From an uncultured virus (IMG/VR IMGVR_UViG_3300032829_000007) (lineage: Duplodnaviria; Heunggongvirae; Uroviricota; Caudoviricetes), in the IMG/VR virus record IMGVR_UViG_3300032829_000007: a stretch of DNA of 20,000 bases; one strand, written 5' to 3'. The notes under the pieces were generated by a model, which was given only the letters and a program-made list of their open reading frames with translations, was not told where the DNA came from and made no database searches. Of the stretch, positions 1-8,718 are shown piece by piece (within the stretch, counting starts at the first letter, position 1; each line of letters begins with the position of its first letter). A program made the translations under genes and the position numbers.

Positions 1-361
1 GTTTAAAACATTCCCAAGAATATTTATTTCCTTTTTTAAATTCTTTTCCATCATCAATATTTAAACTAATAAAAGGATAATATGTATTATCTGGTAAAAT
101 AGTTAATATTAAATTTTCTTTGGCATTTTCTTCTTCATCATCCCAAACTAACATCTTTCTTGGTAATGGCTTAGGAAGATCATCAAGTTTAACTTCTTCA
201 AAATTATCAGGTAAATTACTTGAACAAATTATGTTAGGAAAATAATAATCTCCAACACAATCTCCTATTAAATCTTCATTTACATATCCAATACTTTCAA
301 AATATTTTAATATTTCTTTTCCATGTTCTTTTGAAAGACATTTTATTGCTATTTTTTTCAT
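1..361 (-). CDS. hypothetical phage protein, runs off the left edge of the window
   Basis: Not in the ORF track. ATG at 361, open frame MKKIAIKCLSKEHGKEILKYFESIG...PRKMLVWDDEEE... continuing to the window edge. Confidence 0.75.
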   Translation of the reverse strand, partial: MKKIAIKCLSKEHGKEILKYFESIGYVNEDLIGDCVGDYYFPNIICSSNLPDNFEEVKLDDLPKPLPRKMLVWDDEEENAKENLILTILPDNTYYPFISLNIDDGKEFKKGNKYSWECFK

Positions 362-394
362 AATATATGATTTTTATTTATTATCTTTTTAATT

Positions 395-670
395 TTATCT
401 ATATAATTTATAAGCTAAATATTCAAAAAAATATTTTATATAATTTATTATTTTTTTTCTTTTATTAAATTCATTTTTATATGGTGAAAAAAATAAAAAA
501 AGTATAATCATTGTTATAGTGTTTATTATTGGACAAAAATTAATTATTAAATCTAAAATTACTGGTTTATTATTACTAAATATTCCAATTGAAGAATAAA
601 TCTTTTTTATAAAATCATATATAAACCATATACTTAATATATATGCAATAATACTTATTATTATTATTAA
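395..670 (-). CDS. putative membrane protein with no ATG start (non-canonical start or pseudogene)
   Basis: Open frame LIIIISIIAYILSIWFIYDF...FCPIINTITMIILFLFFSP...KLYR* with two hydrophobic segments. It fills the gap between two - strand genes. Confidence 0.5.
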   Translation of the reverse strand, partial: LIIIISIIAYILSIWFIYDFIKKIYSSIGIFSNNKPVILDLIINFCPIINTITMIILFLFFSPYKNEFNKRKKIINYIKYFFEYLAYKLYR

Positions 671-671
671 A

Positions 672-1013
672 TTAAATTTTTTTATTTATTATTAATTTTT
701 CAAATGTTAATACAGTAAATTTCCTAACACTACATGCAACAATTTTTGATTTCCATCCACAATCCATAACAATACACGCAGGAACAGATGTTGCATTTAT
801 ATTCCCAATTTCTTTTCTATTCATATATAAATCAATATATGCTAAATTTCCTTTATATGATTCTATTTCACAATTTACTGTATCTTTATCACCATTATTA
901 TATACAATAGCAAGTTTCCACTTATACACATAATCAGGTGAATATTTTATACATGAATTAAATAATACTATTAATATAAAAATAATATTTATTATTAATA
1001 TTTTTGCTTTCAT
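672..1013 (-). CDS. putative lipoprotein
   Basis: MKAK, then a hydrophobic stretch and a lipobox-like LFNSC. Has its own promoter at 1039-1066. Confidence 0.65.
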   Translation of the reverse strand: MKAKILIINIIFILIVLFNSCIKYSPDYVYKWKLAIVYNNGDKDTVNCEIESYKGNLAYIDLYMNRKEIGNINATSVPACIVMDCGWKSKIVACSVRKFTVLTFEKLIINKKI

Positions 1014-1038
1014 AATTTTTAAAATTTGTTTTTTATAT

Positions 1039-1066
1039 AATACGTAATATAATAAAATTTGTTATA
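1039..1066 (-). promoter_or_regulatory. ECF-type promoter (TATAAC-N16-CGTATT)
   Basis: Reverse-strand match to the repeated motif, 25 nt upstream of ATG 1013. Confidence 0.75.
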
Positions 1067-1321
1067 TTATTTTATATTTTTCTTTATTTGAATTTTTTTA
1101 TTTATTAACATAATATGCCATTGTTCAGCAGAAAATTCCATAAATTTAAACGCTAAATCTCTTAATTCTTTATTTTTTTGTATTTTATATACCTCTGCTA
1201 TAAATCTTGAATGTAAATCTATATAGCCTTCCTCTATCTTATCCACTTCTTCTATAGTTTCAGCTTCTTTAATCTGATCCCTTAATACTCCAATTAAATC
1301 CCCTATTGTTTCTACTGTCAT
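1067..1321 (-). CDS. hypothetical protein
   Basis: 84-aa ORF with an ATTATG start context and a helical, acidic N-terminus. Confidence 0.7.
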   Translation of the reverse strand: MTVETIGDLIGVLRDQIKEAETIEEVDKIEEGYIDLHSRFIAEVYKIQKNKELRDLAFKFMEFSAEQWHIMLINKKIQIKKNIK

Positions 1322-1520
1322 AATAATATTTATAAATTTTTATAATTTTAAGTTTTTTAAATTCTAAAAAATTTCCAAAAAAATTTTTGGCATATTAAAG
1401 TTTTTGTTTAATTGATATTTTTTATGTAATTTATTTATAATATTTTATAAAAATTTATAAAATTAAAATTTATAAATTTAAAATTTTCTAAAAAAAATAA
1501 TTACTAAATATTTTCTCTAT

Positions 1521-1590
1521 GTAGTCCCGCCCCCTATATAGCCTACCCCTCCCCCCGTACCTACCACTCAGGGATACGGTTCTCTGTGTT
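1521..1590. other. C-rich (G-rich on -) island at the strand switch
   Basis: C runs at 1526-28, 1530-34, 1546-49 and 1551-56 in otherwise extremely AT-rich DNA. Function unknown. Confidence 0.6.
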
Positions 1591-1716
1591 CTGTATATCA
1601 AAGGTTTACAGAGCTTCAATATTAAACAAGTGTTTAAATTTTATGTTATTATTATGTTTCATATTAATAAAACAATGCACCTCCTTTTTAAGGATTAAAA
1701 ACTTTTTACAATATAT

Positions 1717-1744
1717 AATACGCAAAGATAGAATAAAGGTTTCA
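1717..1744 (-). promoter_or_regulatory. ECF-type promoter (TGAAAC-N16-CGTATT), leftward
   Basis: Exact spacing match on the - strand, divergent from the promoter at 1806. Confidence 0.75.
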
Positions 1745-1805
1745 AAAAAACAAAAAATTTTTATAAAATATTTTATAATAGTATTAATTTTTTTTATCAT
1801 ATATT

Positions 1806-1833
1806 TGTAACAAAAAATTTATTATTGCGTATA
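1806..1833 (+). promoter_or_regulatory. ECF-type promoter (TGTAAC-N16-CGTATA)
   Basis: Motif upstream of ORF 1858 and of the gene run that contains the sigma factor. Confidence 0.85.
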
Positions 1834-1857
1834 CGAATATAACAAACAACAAATATT

Positions 1858-2067
1858 ATGATTATGGAAAATTTCTACACAAAATCAGAAATAGCCAGAA
1901 TGATAATAAATCAATATCCTTTAACAGAGAAGGAAAATAATAATTTAATAGATACATTAGTTAAGGATATTGTAAGTTATGATGAAACTTCGTTTAAAGA
2001 TGAAATAGTAAAGGCAGGTATTAACTGCGAAAATTTTGGTTATAATAGATATTTTATAAAGTTATAA
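1858..2067 (+). CDS. hypothetical protein
   Basis: ORF directly after a promoter, ATTATG start. Confidence 0.7.
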   Translation: MIMENFYTKSEIARMIINQYPLTEKENNNLIDTLVKDIVSYDETSFKDEIVKAGINCENFGYNRYFIKL

Positions 2068-2093
2068 TTTTTTAACTTAAAACAAATAATATT

Positions 2094-2300
2094 ATGGAAA
2101 CAACAAATATTATAAATATTAATAAACCATGTTCCAATAAACTGGAAACTATGGTTAAAAAAAATTATCAAAAAACTTTATTGTTTGGAGAATATAAATG
2201 CATAAATAGCTATCCTGTTAAAAGTTTAAAAGATTCTAAATTTTTGGGTAAGATTAATTTTATTTCTTCAATAATGGACATTATTGTTATTAATCAATAA
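2094..2300 (+). CDS. hypothetical protein
   Basis: ORF in a tightly packed run, ATTATG start. Confidence 0.65.
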   Translation: METTNIININKPCSNKLETMVKKNYQKTLLFGEYKCINSYPVKSLKDSKFLGKINFISSIMDIIVINQ

Positions 2301-2312
2301 ATAGTATATTTT

Positions 2313-2444
2313 ATGAAAGATTTAATAAATAATGTTTCCTTATCTGATGCAAAAAAATTAATTAAATGGTGGAATGCTAACACAGAATTTTATCATTTTT
2401 TAGATAAGGAAGGAAAAAGATTTAAAGTATTAAGACAATTATAA
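2313..2444 (+). CDS. small hypothetical protein (43 aa)
   Basis: MKDLINNVSLSDAKKLIKWW...RQL*. Fills the gap; below the ORF-track cutoff. Confidence 0.6.
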   Translation: MKDLINNVSLSDAKKLIKWWNANTEFYHFLDKEGKRFKVLRQL

Positions 2445-2469
2445 AAATTTTAAACTAACAATATATCTT

Positions 2470-2763
2470 ATGAAAAAATCGCATAAAAATTCAGAATTTT
2501 TAAATGAAGTAATAGAAAACTATCCTAACATAGAAATTATTGATTATAATAGTGATAGTGTTTTAGGATATAATAAGAAAACAAATAAAGTATATTATAT
2601 TTACAAAGTAAATGAAGATATGAGTTTTTGTTTTCATTTATTTTGTGAAATTGGACAATGTTATCAACCTTGGTTTAAATATGCTTTAAAACAAAATGGT
2701 TATAAAGTAGAAACCAGAGATACCAAAGAAGATTATTTTGAAGTATTATTACCAATAGAATAA
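2470..2763 (+). CDS. hypothetical protein
   Basis: 97-aa ORF in the operon. Confidence 0.7.
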   Translation: MKKSHKNSEFLNEVIENYPNIEIIDYNSDSVLGYNKKTNKVYYIYKVNEDMSFCFHLFCEIGQCYQPWFKYALKQNGYKVETRDTKEDYFEVLLPIE

Positions 2764-2791
2764 AATTTTTATTAACTAATAAACAAATATT

Positions 2792-3343
2792 ATGAACAAT
2801 GTATTATTTTTAAATTTCAATGAAATTTACAATAAGTATTACAATGATGTTTTTAATCTCATTAAGTTTAAGATTAACAATAAAGTTGAGGTTGCTGAGG
2901 AATTAACCAATGATGTTTTTCTCCGGGTTTCCAAACATTTAAATGATTTTGACTCTAGTAAGAGCAAATTAACAACATGGATTTTTACAATAGCTAATAA
3001 TATTGTTATTGATTATTATAGAAATAATTCAATACAAATAAAAGCGGTTAGTAGTGATCTTATAAAAGGTTTGGACATTGTTAATAATAATCATAACGAT
3101 AATGTTATGAGTGTTATTAATAGTGAAGAAATTAAGAAAAATGTTAATATTGCTATTAACAGGCTTAGTGGAGTTTATAAAATTATTGCTAAACAATATT
3201 TTTTAAACGAATTAAGCTATGAGGAAATTTCTGAACAGAATGAAATTCCTTTAGGCAGTATTAAAGCCTATATTCATCGAATAAGAGAAATATTAAAAGA
3301 AAATTTAACCAGTATCAATATACATATATTGGTAGAAAATTAA
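2792..3343 (+). CDS. RNA polymerase sigma-70 family ECF sigma factor (SigW/RpoE-like)
   Basis: Region 2 motifs VAEELTNDVFLRV and KLTTWIFTIANNIVIDYYR. Region 4 HTH LSYEEISEQNEIPLGSIKAYIHRIREILK. 183 aa is typical ECF size. Confidence 0.93.
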   Translation: MNNVLFLNFNEIYNKYYNDVFNLIKFKINNKVEVAEELTNDVFLRVSKHLNDFDSSKSKLTTWIFTIANNIVIDYYRNNSIQIKAVSSDLIKGLDIVNNNHNDNVMSVINSEEIKKNVNIAINRLSGVYKIIAKQYFLNELSYEEISEQNEIPLGSIKAYIHRIREILKENLTSINIHILVEN

Positions 3344-3385
3344 AACAGTATAACATTATTATTAACTTAAATAAAATTTATTATT

Positions 3386-3877
3386 ATGAAAACTCTGAAA
3401 AGGGAAATTTACCATTTTAATGGTAAGGATTATGAAAATTTTGATTATGTTGAATTAACATTTTTAATTCAAAGAGTATCAATTCAAAATTTTATTAACA
3501 TTGTTAAAAATCAAATTAATGCATGGATTGATAAAATAGATTCAAATTTTATTGAAGATTTTCACCCCACTAATGTTGACAATAATATGAAAAAAATTAT
3601 TGTCAAAGCTTCTGCATTTGCAATGTATGAAATTGTTAAAAAACTCGGAAAACAAGATTATTCTGAAGTTTTAAATAATTGGTATATTCGAAACCATGAA
3701 TTAAGAGCTTATGATTATTTTTCTGTTAAAAATAGATATAAAAAATCTTTATTTAATGGAAAAATAAAATATCATTATGATTATAAAGGTACTGTGATTT
3801 TTAAAAAGATTAAAGACAAAATCATTATAAGTATTCCAGTTTCTTCATTTCGTAGTCCTTTAATTAGTTTAGATTAA
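3386..3877 (+). CDS. hypothetical protein
   Basis: 163-aa soluble-looking ORF after the sigma gene. No TM segment or anti-sigma HxxxCxxC motif. Confidence 0.75.
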   Translation: MKTLKREIYHFNGKDYENFDYVELTFLIQRVSIQNFINIVKNQINAWIDKIDSNFIEDFHPTNVDNNMKKIIVKASAFAMYEIVKKLGKQDYSEVLNNWYIRNHELRAYDYFSVKNRYKKSLFNGKIKYHYDYKGTVIFKKIKDKIIISIPVSSFRSPLISLD

Positions 3878-3901
3878 TAAAAATAATATCTATTATAATT
3901 T

Positions 3902-3934
3902 AAAGGTTATAGAGTTTTTCTGTAACCTTTTTTT
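3902..3934 (+). terminator. intrinsic terminator overlapping the -35 of the next promoter
   Basis: AAAGGTTATAGA-loop-TCTGTAACCTTT followed by a T-run. Confidence 0.75.
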
Positions 3935-3948
3935 ATTTATTACGTATA
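3921..3948 (+). promoter_or_regulatory. ECF-type promoter (TGTAAC-N16-CGTATA)
   Basis: Consensus match upstream of ATG 3978. Confidence 0.85.
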
Positions 3949-3977
3949 CGAAAGTAATAAAGCAAATAATCATTATT

Positions 3978-4103
3978 ATGAATACAATCGAAGTAATAAA
4001 AAATTATTTTAAAATTACAATAGACAATAAAGTAATTTATACAAAGAGTTTAGATAGTGTAAATTATTTTCAGGATAAATATAATTTGATTTTAATTGAT
4101 TAA
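3978..4103 (+). CDS. small hypothetical protein (41 aa)
   Basis: MNTIEVIKNYFKITIDNKVIYTK..., first ORF after the promoter. Confidence 0.6.
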   Translation: MNTIEVIKNYFKITIDNKVIYTKSLDSVNYFQDKYNLILID

Positions 4104-4112
4104 ATCATTATT

Positions 4113-4538
4113 ATGAATGAATTTGCAGCATATAAGGAATTTTTTGAAATTTACGATAGTTTATTAAAATTCTATTGTAAAATTTTAAATAATATCACTG
4201 GTGGAAATCCAAATATTGAAACCTATGATTTTGCTGTTAATGAAATTTGTTCAAATATTGATGAACATAACGGGAAAACTCTAGGCAGAACAAATATAAA
4301 TCAAAATAGAATATATTTTTCTCCTTCTCTCTTTAATTTATGGTTATTCGAAAAAACTTTTAAATCTGCCTATAAAAATGAAAGTGATATTTTATTAAAT
4401 GGTAATGATGTTTTACTATATGTTGCTTGTCATGAATATGTACATTGTGTATATAAAATGAGAAATCATACATTAGGCTTTAGAAATATAACAGTACAAT
4501 TATTTAATGCTGTAAAATTATATATTCCAATAATATAA
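4113..4538 (+). CDS. SprT/YgjP-like zinc metallopeptidase domain protein
   Basis: LLYVACHEYVHCVYKMRNHTLGF = HExxH plus a downstream HxxxF, with an upstream LGRT motif. Confidence 0.7.
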   Translation: MNEFAAYKEFFEIYDSLLKFYCKILNNITGGNPNIETYDFAVNEICSNIDEHNGKTLGRTNINQNRIYFSPSLFNLWLFEKTFKSAYKNESDILLNGNDVLLYVACHEYVHCVYKMRNHTLGFRNITVQLFNAVKLYIPII

Positions 4539-4551
4539 AAAATTTTTAGTT

Positions 4552-4923
4552 ATGCCAACCAATAATAACATTAAACAAATAATAAGGTTAGAACATCCTA
4601 AAGATGGAATAGGAATATTTACTAATAGAGTAAAATTTAATTTATATAGTACTAAATTAGGTAATAAAATTTTAAAGAGACATATTGATTTAATGGAAGA
4701 TGCTAATGTAATTAATGGTTTTACATTTAATCATTATTGTGCCTATAAATCTATTATTGATTTAAATAAATTTATAAAGCCTAGTGAATTAAAACATTTA
4801 ATTAATAGAGATATTGTTATTTTACTTCTCGAAGTTAAAGATTTTATCGAAGGTGAAAACCAAATATTATACTTAAAAGAGGACATTGTTACAAGTAAAG
4901 ATATTACAGAATTATTCAAATAA
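4552..4923 (+). CDS. hypothetical phage protein
   Basis: 123-aa ORF followed by a terminator. Confidence 0.75.
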   Translation: MPTNNNIKQIIRLEHPKDGIGIFTNRVKFNLYSTKLGNKILKRHIDLMEDANVINGFTFNHYCAYKSIIDLNKFIKPSELKHLINRDIVILLLEVKDFIEGENQILYLKEDIVTSKDITELFK

Positions 4924-4947
4924 AAAATATCTTTCCCTTAGTTAATT

Positions 4948-4983
4948 AATCCTTATGAGATTTATATTTCATAAGGATTTTTT
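4948..4983 (+). terminator. intrinsic terminator
   Basis: AATCCTTATGAGAT-TTAT-ATTTCATAAGGATT followed by a T-run. Confidence 0.8.
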
Positions 4984-5010
4984 ATTTTTAATAAAATTTA
5001 TTAATAATAT

Positions 5011-5038
5011 TGAAACCTTTATTTAAATTTTTCGTATT
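5011..5038 (+). promoter_or_regulatory. ECF-type promoter (TGAAAC-N16-CGTATT)
   Basis: Motif match with no ORF downstream. Confidence 0.75.
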
Positions 5039-5044
5039 ATATGT

Positions 5045-5127
5045 AGCTTTTTTGATTTGAATAATTAATTAACTTTAACTTTAATTGTCTTATCCTTATT
5101 AGTTGTGAAAACTCATAAGGATTTTTT
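5045..5127 (+). ncRNA. candidate small RNA (~80 nt)
   Basis: Bounded by promoter 5011-5038 and terminator 5092-5127, with no ORF. The start position is estimated. Confidence 0.45.
5092..5127 (+). terminator. intrinsic terminator
   Basis: ATCCTTATTAGTT-loop-AACTCATAAGGAT followed by a T-run. Confidence 0.75.
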
Positions 5128-5810
5128 ATTATAAATTTCCTATAGTAAATTTTTTGCTATATAAAATTATTATATTTTCTTTTTAAAATTCCTTAAACTC
5201 AATAAACATAAATTCTTATTTTTAATATTATTAACTAAAAATTAAGTTTTACTTTCAATCTATAACTAAAATATATCATTTTACTTTTTCACTTTTAAAA
5301 ATCCCCTACAGAAATTTTTTTTGAACTTTCAATTTGAAAATTAATAAAATTTATGTTTTATAACATATACTAAGGTGATAAATATAATACAATGATAATG
5401 AATACATTATAAAATATTTTTAAAAAACAATGATATTTGTCATTGTTTATGATTATAATTTTTTATAAATTTGAATTTTGTAAATTGGCGAAATGGCTGA
5501 TTATTATAGATGGTGGGACAACATTTTTAATAAAAACCCTTATTTTTTCTATATGTCCAAAAAAGGCCAAAATTTTCACCAAATAGGATAACAAATTTTC
5601 TAAAAATTTATTGTGATTATAAAAACATATCAATTTTGAATGTACAAAAAATATTGAAAATTTTTAAACCTTCTAAAAAGCCCGTCATTTCAGTACATTT
5701 AAAGGCAAAGTAAAATATTTTACAAAGTGATTTAAATAACAAAGTACTTTGAAATACAAAGTTATTAAATATCAGTATAATAAAAAATTTTAATATATAA
5801 TGACAATATT

Positions 5811-5838
5811 TGTAACCTTTAATAAAATTCTACGTATA
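5811..5838 (+). promoter_or_regulatory. ECF-type promoter (TGTAAC-N16-CGTATA)
   Basis: Consensus match upstream of ATG 5874. Confidence 0.85.
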
Positions 5839-5873
5839 TTAAGGTATAAAACAAACAACAAAATACAAAAATT

Positions 5874-5990
5874 ATGTTAACAGTAGAAATGATAAAATTC
5901 TCTTTAATGAGAATACATCCTGAATTATCTATTGATGAAATTGAAAAACTTGCAATAGATGAATTAAAAGATATTTACGAAGAAAATTAA
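5874..5990 (+). CDS. small acidic hypothetical protein (38 aa)
   Basis: MLTVEMIKFSLMRIHPELSIDEIEKLAIDELKDIYEEN*, directly after a promoter. Confidence 0.65.
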   Translation: MLTVEMIKFSLMRIHPELSIDEIEKLAIDELKDIYEEN

Positions 5991-6002
5991 CCTTTAACAA
6001 TT

Positions 6003-6233
6003 ATGAATAAAATAAAAACAGTTCTTTTGGAGGCCCATTATGAAAAAAATAATTATTCTGAATTATTTTTTGAATTACGAAAAAAAGCACATGAAAATTT
6101 AATAGAACATAAAGCAAAAACTGGTTCTTATCAAAAAAATTCTTATGATTTTCCAAATTTTATTAAAGCTTTAGATTGTCCCTCAACCTATAATTTACTT
6201 ATGAAAAACAAAAAATATTTAGAAATTATATAA
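6003..6233 (+). CDS. hypothetical protein
   Basis: 76-aa ORF, ATTATG start. Confidence 0.7.
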   Translation: MNKIKTVLLEAHYEKNNYSELFFELRKKAHENLIEHKAKTGSYQKNSYDFPNFIKALDCPSTYNLLMKNKKYLEII

Positions 6234-6256
6234 CCTTATTTAATTATTTTCGTATA
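6229..6256 (+). promoter_or_regulatory. ECF-type promoter (TATAAC-N16-CGTATA)
   Basis: One-mismatch -35 with exact spacing, upstream of ATG 6283. Confidence 0.75.
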
Positions 6257-6282
6257 CGATGATATAACAAATAACTTTTATT

Positions 6283-6774
6283 ATGAACATTTCTGATATT
6301 ACCCTAGAAAATTTAAATAAGCTATATTCTTTTACTTTAACTGATGACAATATTAATATGGTTTCAAAGGAAAATGCAACCTTATTGAATATTGGTTTTG
6401 AGAGAAATGATAAAGATTTTGTTAATTATATTGGTAAGACTATTAAGGCAACGAAAAAAGAGATAACTTTAGATTATATTATTGAAAAGATTAATAAAGA
6501 TAATGTTTATATTAATTTTTGTAATGATTTTAAGAAGTTACTTCCTGACGAATATAAAAACAGTATTAACATTTATCCTACTTCATACGGTATAGGAATT
6601 TTTGTTTTATTTAATTATAAAAATAGTACTGAAAGCATAAAATCAAATATTGAATCAATATTAAATAAATATGATATTGAGTATAAAAATGAATATTCTG
6701 ATGCGATGTATGTTTTCAGGTATAAAATAAGTAAATCAAAGGAGAATATTGAAAAAATAAAAAATATAATATAA
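6283..6774 (+). CDS. hypothetical phage protein
   Basis: 163-aa ORF after a promoter. Confidence 0.8.
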   Translation: MNISDITLENLNKLYSFTLTDDNINMVSKENATLLNIGFERNDKDFVNYIGKTIKATKKEITLDYIIEKINKDNVYINFCNDFKKLLPDEYKNSINIYPTSYGIGIFVLFNYKNSTESIKSNIESILNKYDIEYKNEYSDAMYVFRYKISKSKENIEKIKNII

Positions 6775-6794
6775 TAACTAAATATTTTTCAATT

Positions 6795-7100
6795 ATGGCA
6801 GAAATAACAATTAAGGAACAAATTAACAATTATGTTCAGGAAATACAACAGGCTTCAGATAATGAATGGAAAGCTTTAAATTATGATCCTAATAATAAAC
6901 CTTCATTTAGTTATACATTTGGTCCAAAGTATGCTAAAATTTTATATGTTTATTCTGGTCAAACTTCAGTACATTGTTTTGTTGATTATGAAGGTAATAT
7001 TTATAAAGTTGCTACTTGGAGGACACCTGCTAAGGGTATAAGAGGACATATTTTGAATCCTATTAAGCCTTTATTAAGTATTGATTTTTACAGACGATAA
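6795..7100 (+). CDS. conserved phage protein of unknown function
   Basis: GPKYAKI...SVHCFVD...GNIYKVATWRTPAKGIRG resembles a widespread small phage protein family (recognised by eye). Confidence 0.75.
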   Translation: MAEITIKEQINNYVQEIQQASDNEWKALNYDPNNKPSFSYTFGPKYAKILYVYSGQTSVHCFVDYEGNIYKVATWRTPAKGIRGHILNPIKPLLSIDFYRR

Positions 7101-7149
7101 AAATATAATTTTTTTCACTTAGGGAGAGTTTTTTAATTGTTATTATTTT

Positions 7150-7194
7150 AAAGGTTATAGATATTTTTTATTAAATATTCTGTAACCTTTTTTT
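7150..7194 (+). terminator. intrinsic terminator overlapping the -35 of the next promoter
   Basis: AAAGGTTATAGA...TCTGTAACCTTT followed by a T-run. Same arms as 3902-3934. Confidence 0.75.
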
Positions 7195-7208
7195 AATTTA
7201 TACGTATA
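7181..7208 (+). promoter_or_regulatory. ECF-type promoter (TGTAAC-N16-CGTATA)
   Basis: Consensus match upstream of ATG 7274. Confidence 0.85.
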
Positions 7209-7273
7209 CGAAGTAAATACAAAAAACAAACAACAAAAAGGCATTCTCTAGGTATTAACTTAAACAAACAAAC

Positions 7274-8422
7274 ATGAAAGCTTTAACAAATCTTATCGGT
7301 TCTCAAAGGAGTTTAACTTCTTTAGTAAAGGAATATAAGTATAAGAATTCCTTTATATCTAACTGGGATTATTTACCTGCTATTTTAACGAATATATTCA
7401 GTGTAATATTTTCGTTAAGTATAGTTATTGAATTGAGGAAGTGTATTGATAATATTTTTGTATTATCGATATTATCTATTTTCGTTATATTTTTTCTCAT
7501 CATGAATGAAATTATTAAGGTAAAAGAAATTCGTAAAGTTTACAGAGGTTTTAAAAATTCTATTATTTCCTTTGTTGTTACCTTTTTAATTTCTATTACA
7601 CTTGCCTCTATTGGTATGTATTTTTTCACCAATAAAAGCATGGATGTTAAGGACAATAGTAATATTAATTTATCTATTGCCATTAACGAAATTAAGTTAA
7701 AATTTGAGGATAAAATCAATAATGTTAACAATAATGTTTTTGAAAATTCAGAAACTTATAATTCTCTTAATAAGGAATTATATTACTGGAAACATGTTAG
7801 CGCAGCAACTTTAATTGAACGCAATGACATTCGTTTAAGAATTGATAAATTGCAGAATGATATTCAAAAAGAAAGGATTAATTTTAATAACAATAAAGAT
7901 TCTCAGGTTAAAAAGCTTATTGAACTGCAAAACAATGAAATTTCCGTTACTGAATCGAAGTATAATAAGGTAATGAATACTACCAAGAAAAATGATTTTA
8001 TTACTTATATCTTTTTATCTTTAATTTTTGTTACTGAATTTGCCACCATTGTATTAAATAAGCATATTGTTGAAAAACAAATATCTTTAGATGAATTTGT
8101 TAATGGTGATCTCGCTAAAATGTATACTGTAAGCAGTAATATATTAACTACTTTGTACATGACTTCTCGTAATAACGAAACTAATATTGAAAAAGCTAAG
8201 TATAGTTATTCGAATAAGGACAATGTACTATCTTGGGAGGATATTACCCGTTTATATAATATACTTATTGACTTAGGTATATTAGACAATGGAGTAATAA
8301 AGGAAATTGAATTGCCAAATGGTAATGTAAAGAAATTATTATACAATAAATTTCTTGTAAGTGAATCTGAAGCACATCAAATTTTTGATAACTATTTTGA
8401 AAAATATTTTAAGATTGCTTAA
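7274..8422 (+). CDS. membrane protein with coiled-coil region
   Basis: Three N-terminal hydrophobic segments, a long coiled-coil-like stretch, a fourth TM (FITYIFLSLIFVTEFATIVL) and a soluble C-terminal domain. Confidence 0.8.
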   Translation: MKALTNLIGSQRSLTSLVKEYKYKNSFISNWDYLPAILTNIFSVIFSLSIVIELRKCIDNIFVLSILSIFVIFFLIMNEIIKVKEIRKVYRGFKNSIISFVVTFLISITLASIGMYFFTNKSMDVKDNSNINLSIAINEIKLKFEDKINNVNNNVFENSETYNSLNKELYYWKHVSAATLIERNDIRLRIDKLQNDIQKERINFNNNKDSQVKKLIELQNNEISVTESKYNKVMNTTKKNDFITYIFLSLIFVTEFATIVLNKHIVEKQISLDEFVNGDLAKMYTVSSNILTTLYMTSRNNETNIEKAKYSYSNKDNVLSWEDITRLYNILIDLGILDNGVIKEIELPNGNVKKLLYNKFLVSESEAHQIFDNYFEKYFKIA

Positions 8423-8482
8423 AGAATAGCTTTAATTAAATTATCGTAAAAGGTTTATTTTTAATAACTAATATATAACATT

Positions 8483-8698
8483 ATGACAAATTTTAAAATT
8501 GGCGACAAAATTAATAACATTAAGTCGAGTTCAGTATGTACGACCTATCCTCTTTCTGATTTTGAAAACTATAAAAATCAAAAGAGAAATAATGAAATAA
8601 CTAAAGGCATTGTTATTGATATTACACCAGAATATGCACTCTTAAAAACTATATTGGTTGAATATAATAACGAAGTAATTGCAGTACGTGTTTATTAA
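8483..8698 (+). CDS. hypothetical protein (SH3/KOW-like start)
   Basis: FKIGDKI...GIVIDI pattern. Confidence 0.65.
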   Translation: MTNFKIGDKINNIKSSSVCTTYPLSDFENYKNQKRNNEITKGIVIDITPEYALLKTILVEYNNEVIAVRVY

Positions 8699-8718
8699 TA
8701 ATTTTAAATTTTAATATT

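Noticed and set aside
1111..1122. 12-nt match (TAATATGCCATT) to the reverse complement of spacer 3
   Set aside because: Too short and AT-rich, and it does not extend. By eye I found no full target for spacers 1 or 3 in the window.
1586..1810. ORFs 1586-1810 (+) and 1606-1800 (-)
   Set aside because: Low-complexity I/K/F-rich translations that overlap each other and the divergent promoters. Likely spurious.
3386..3877. Anti-sigma factor call for the gene after the ECF sigma
   Set aside because: No TM helix, zinc-binding anti-sigma motif or FecR-like features are visible.
7540..7731. - strand ORF
   Set aside because: Antisense shadow of the 382-aa gene.
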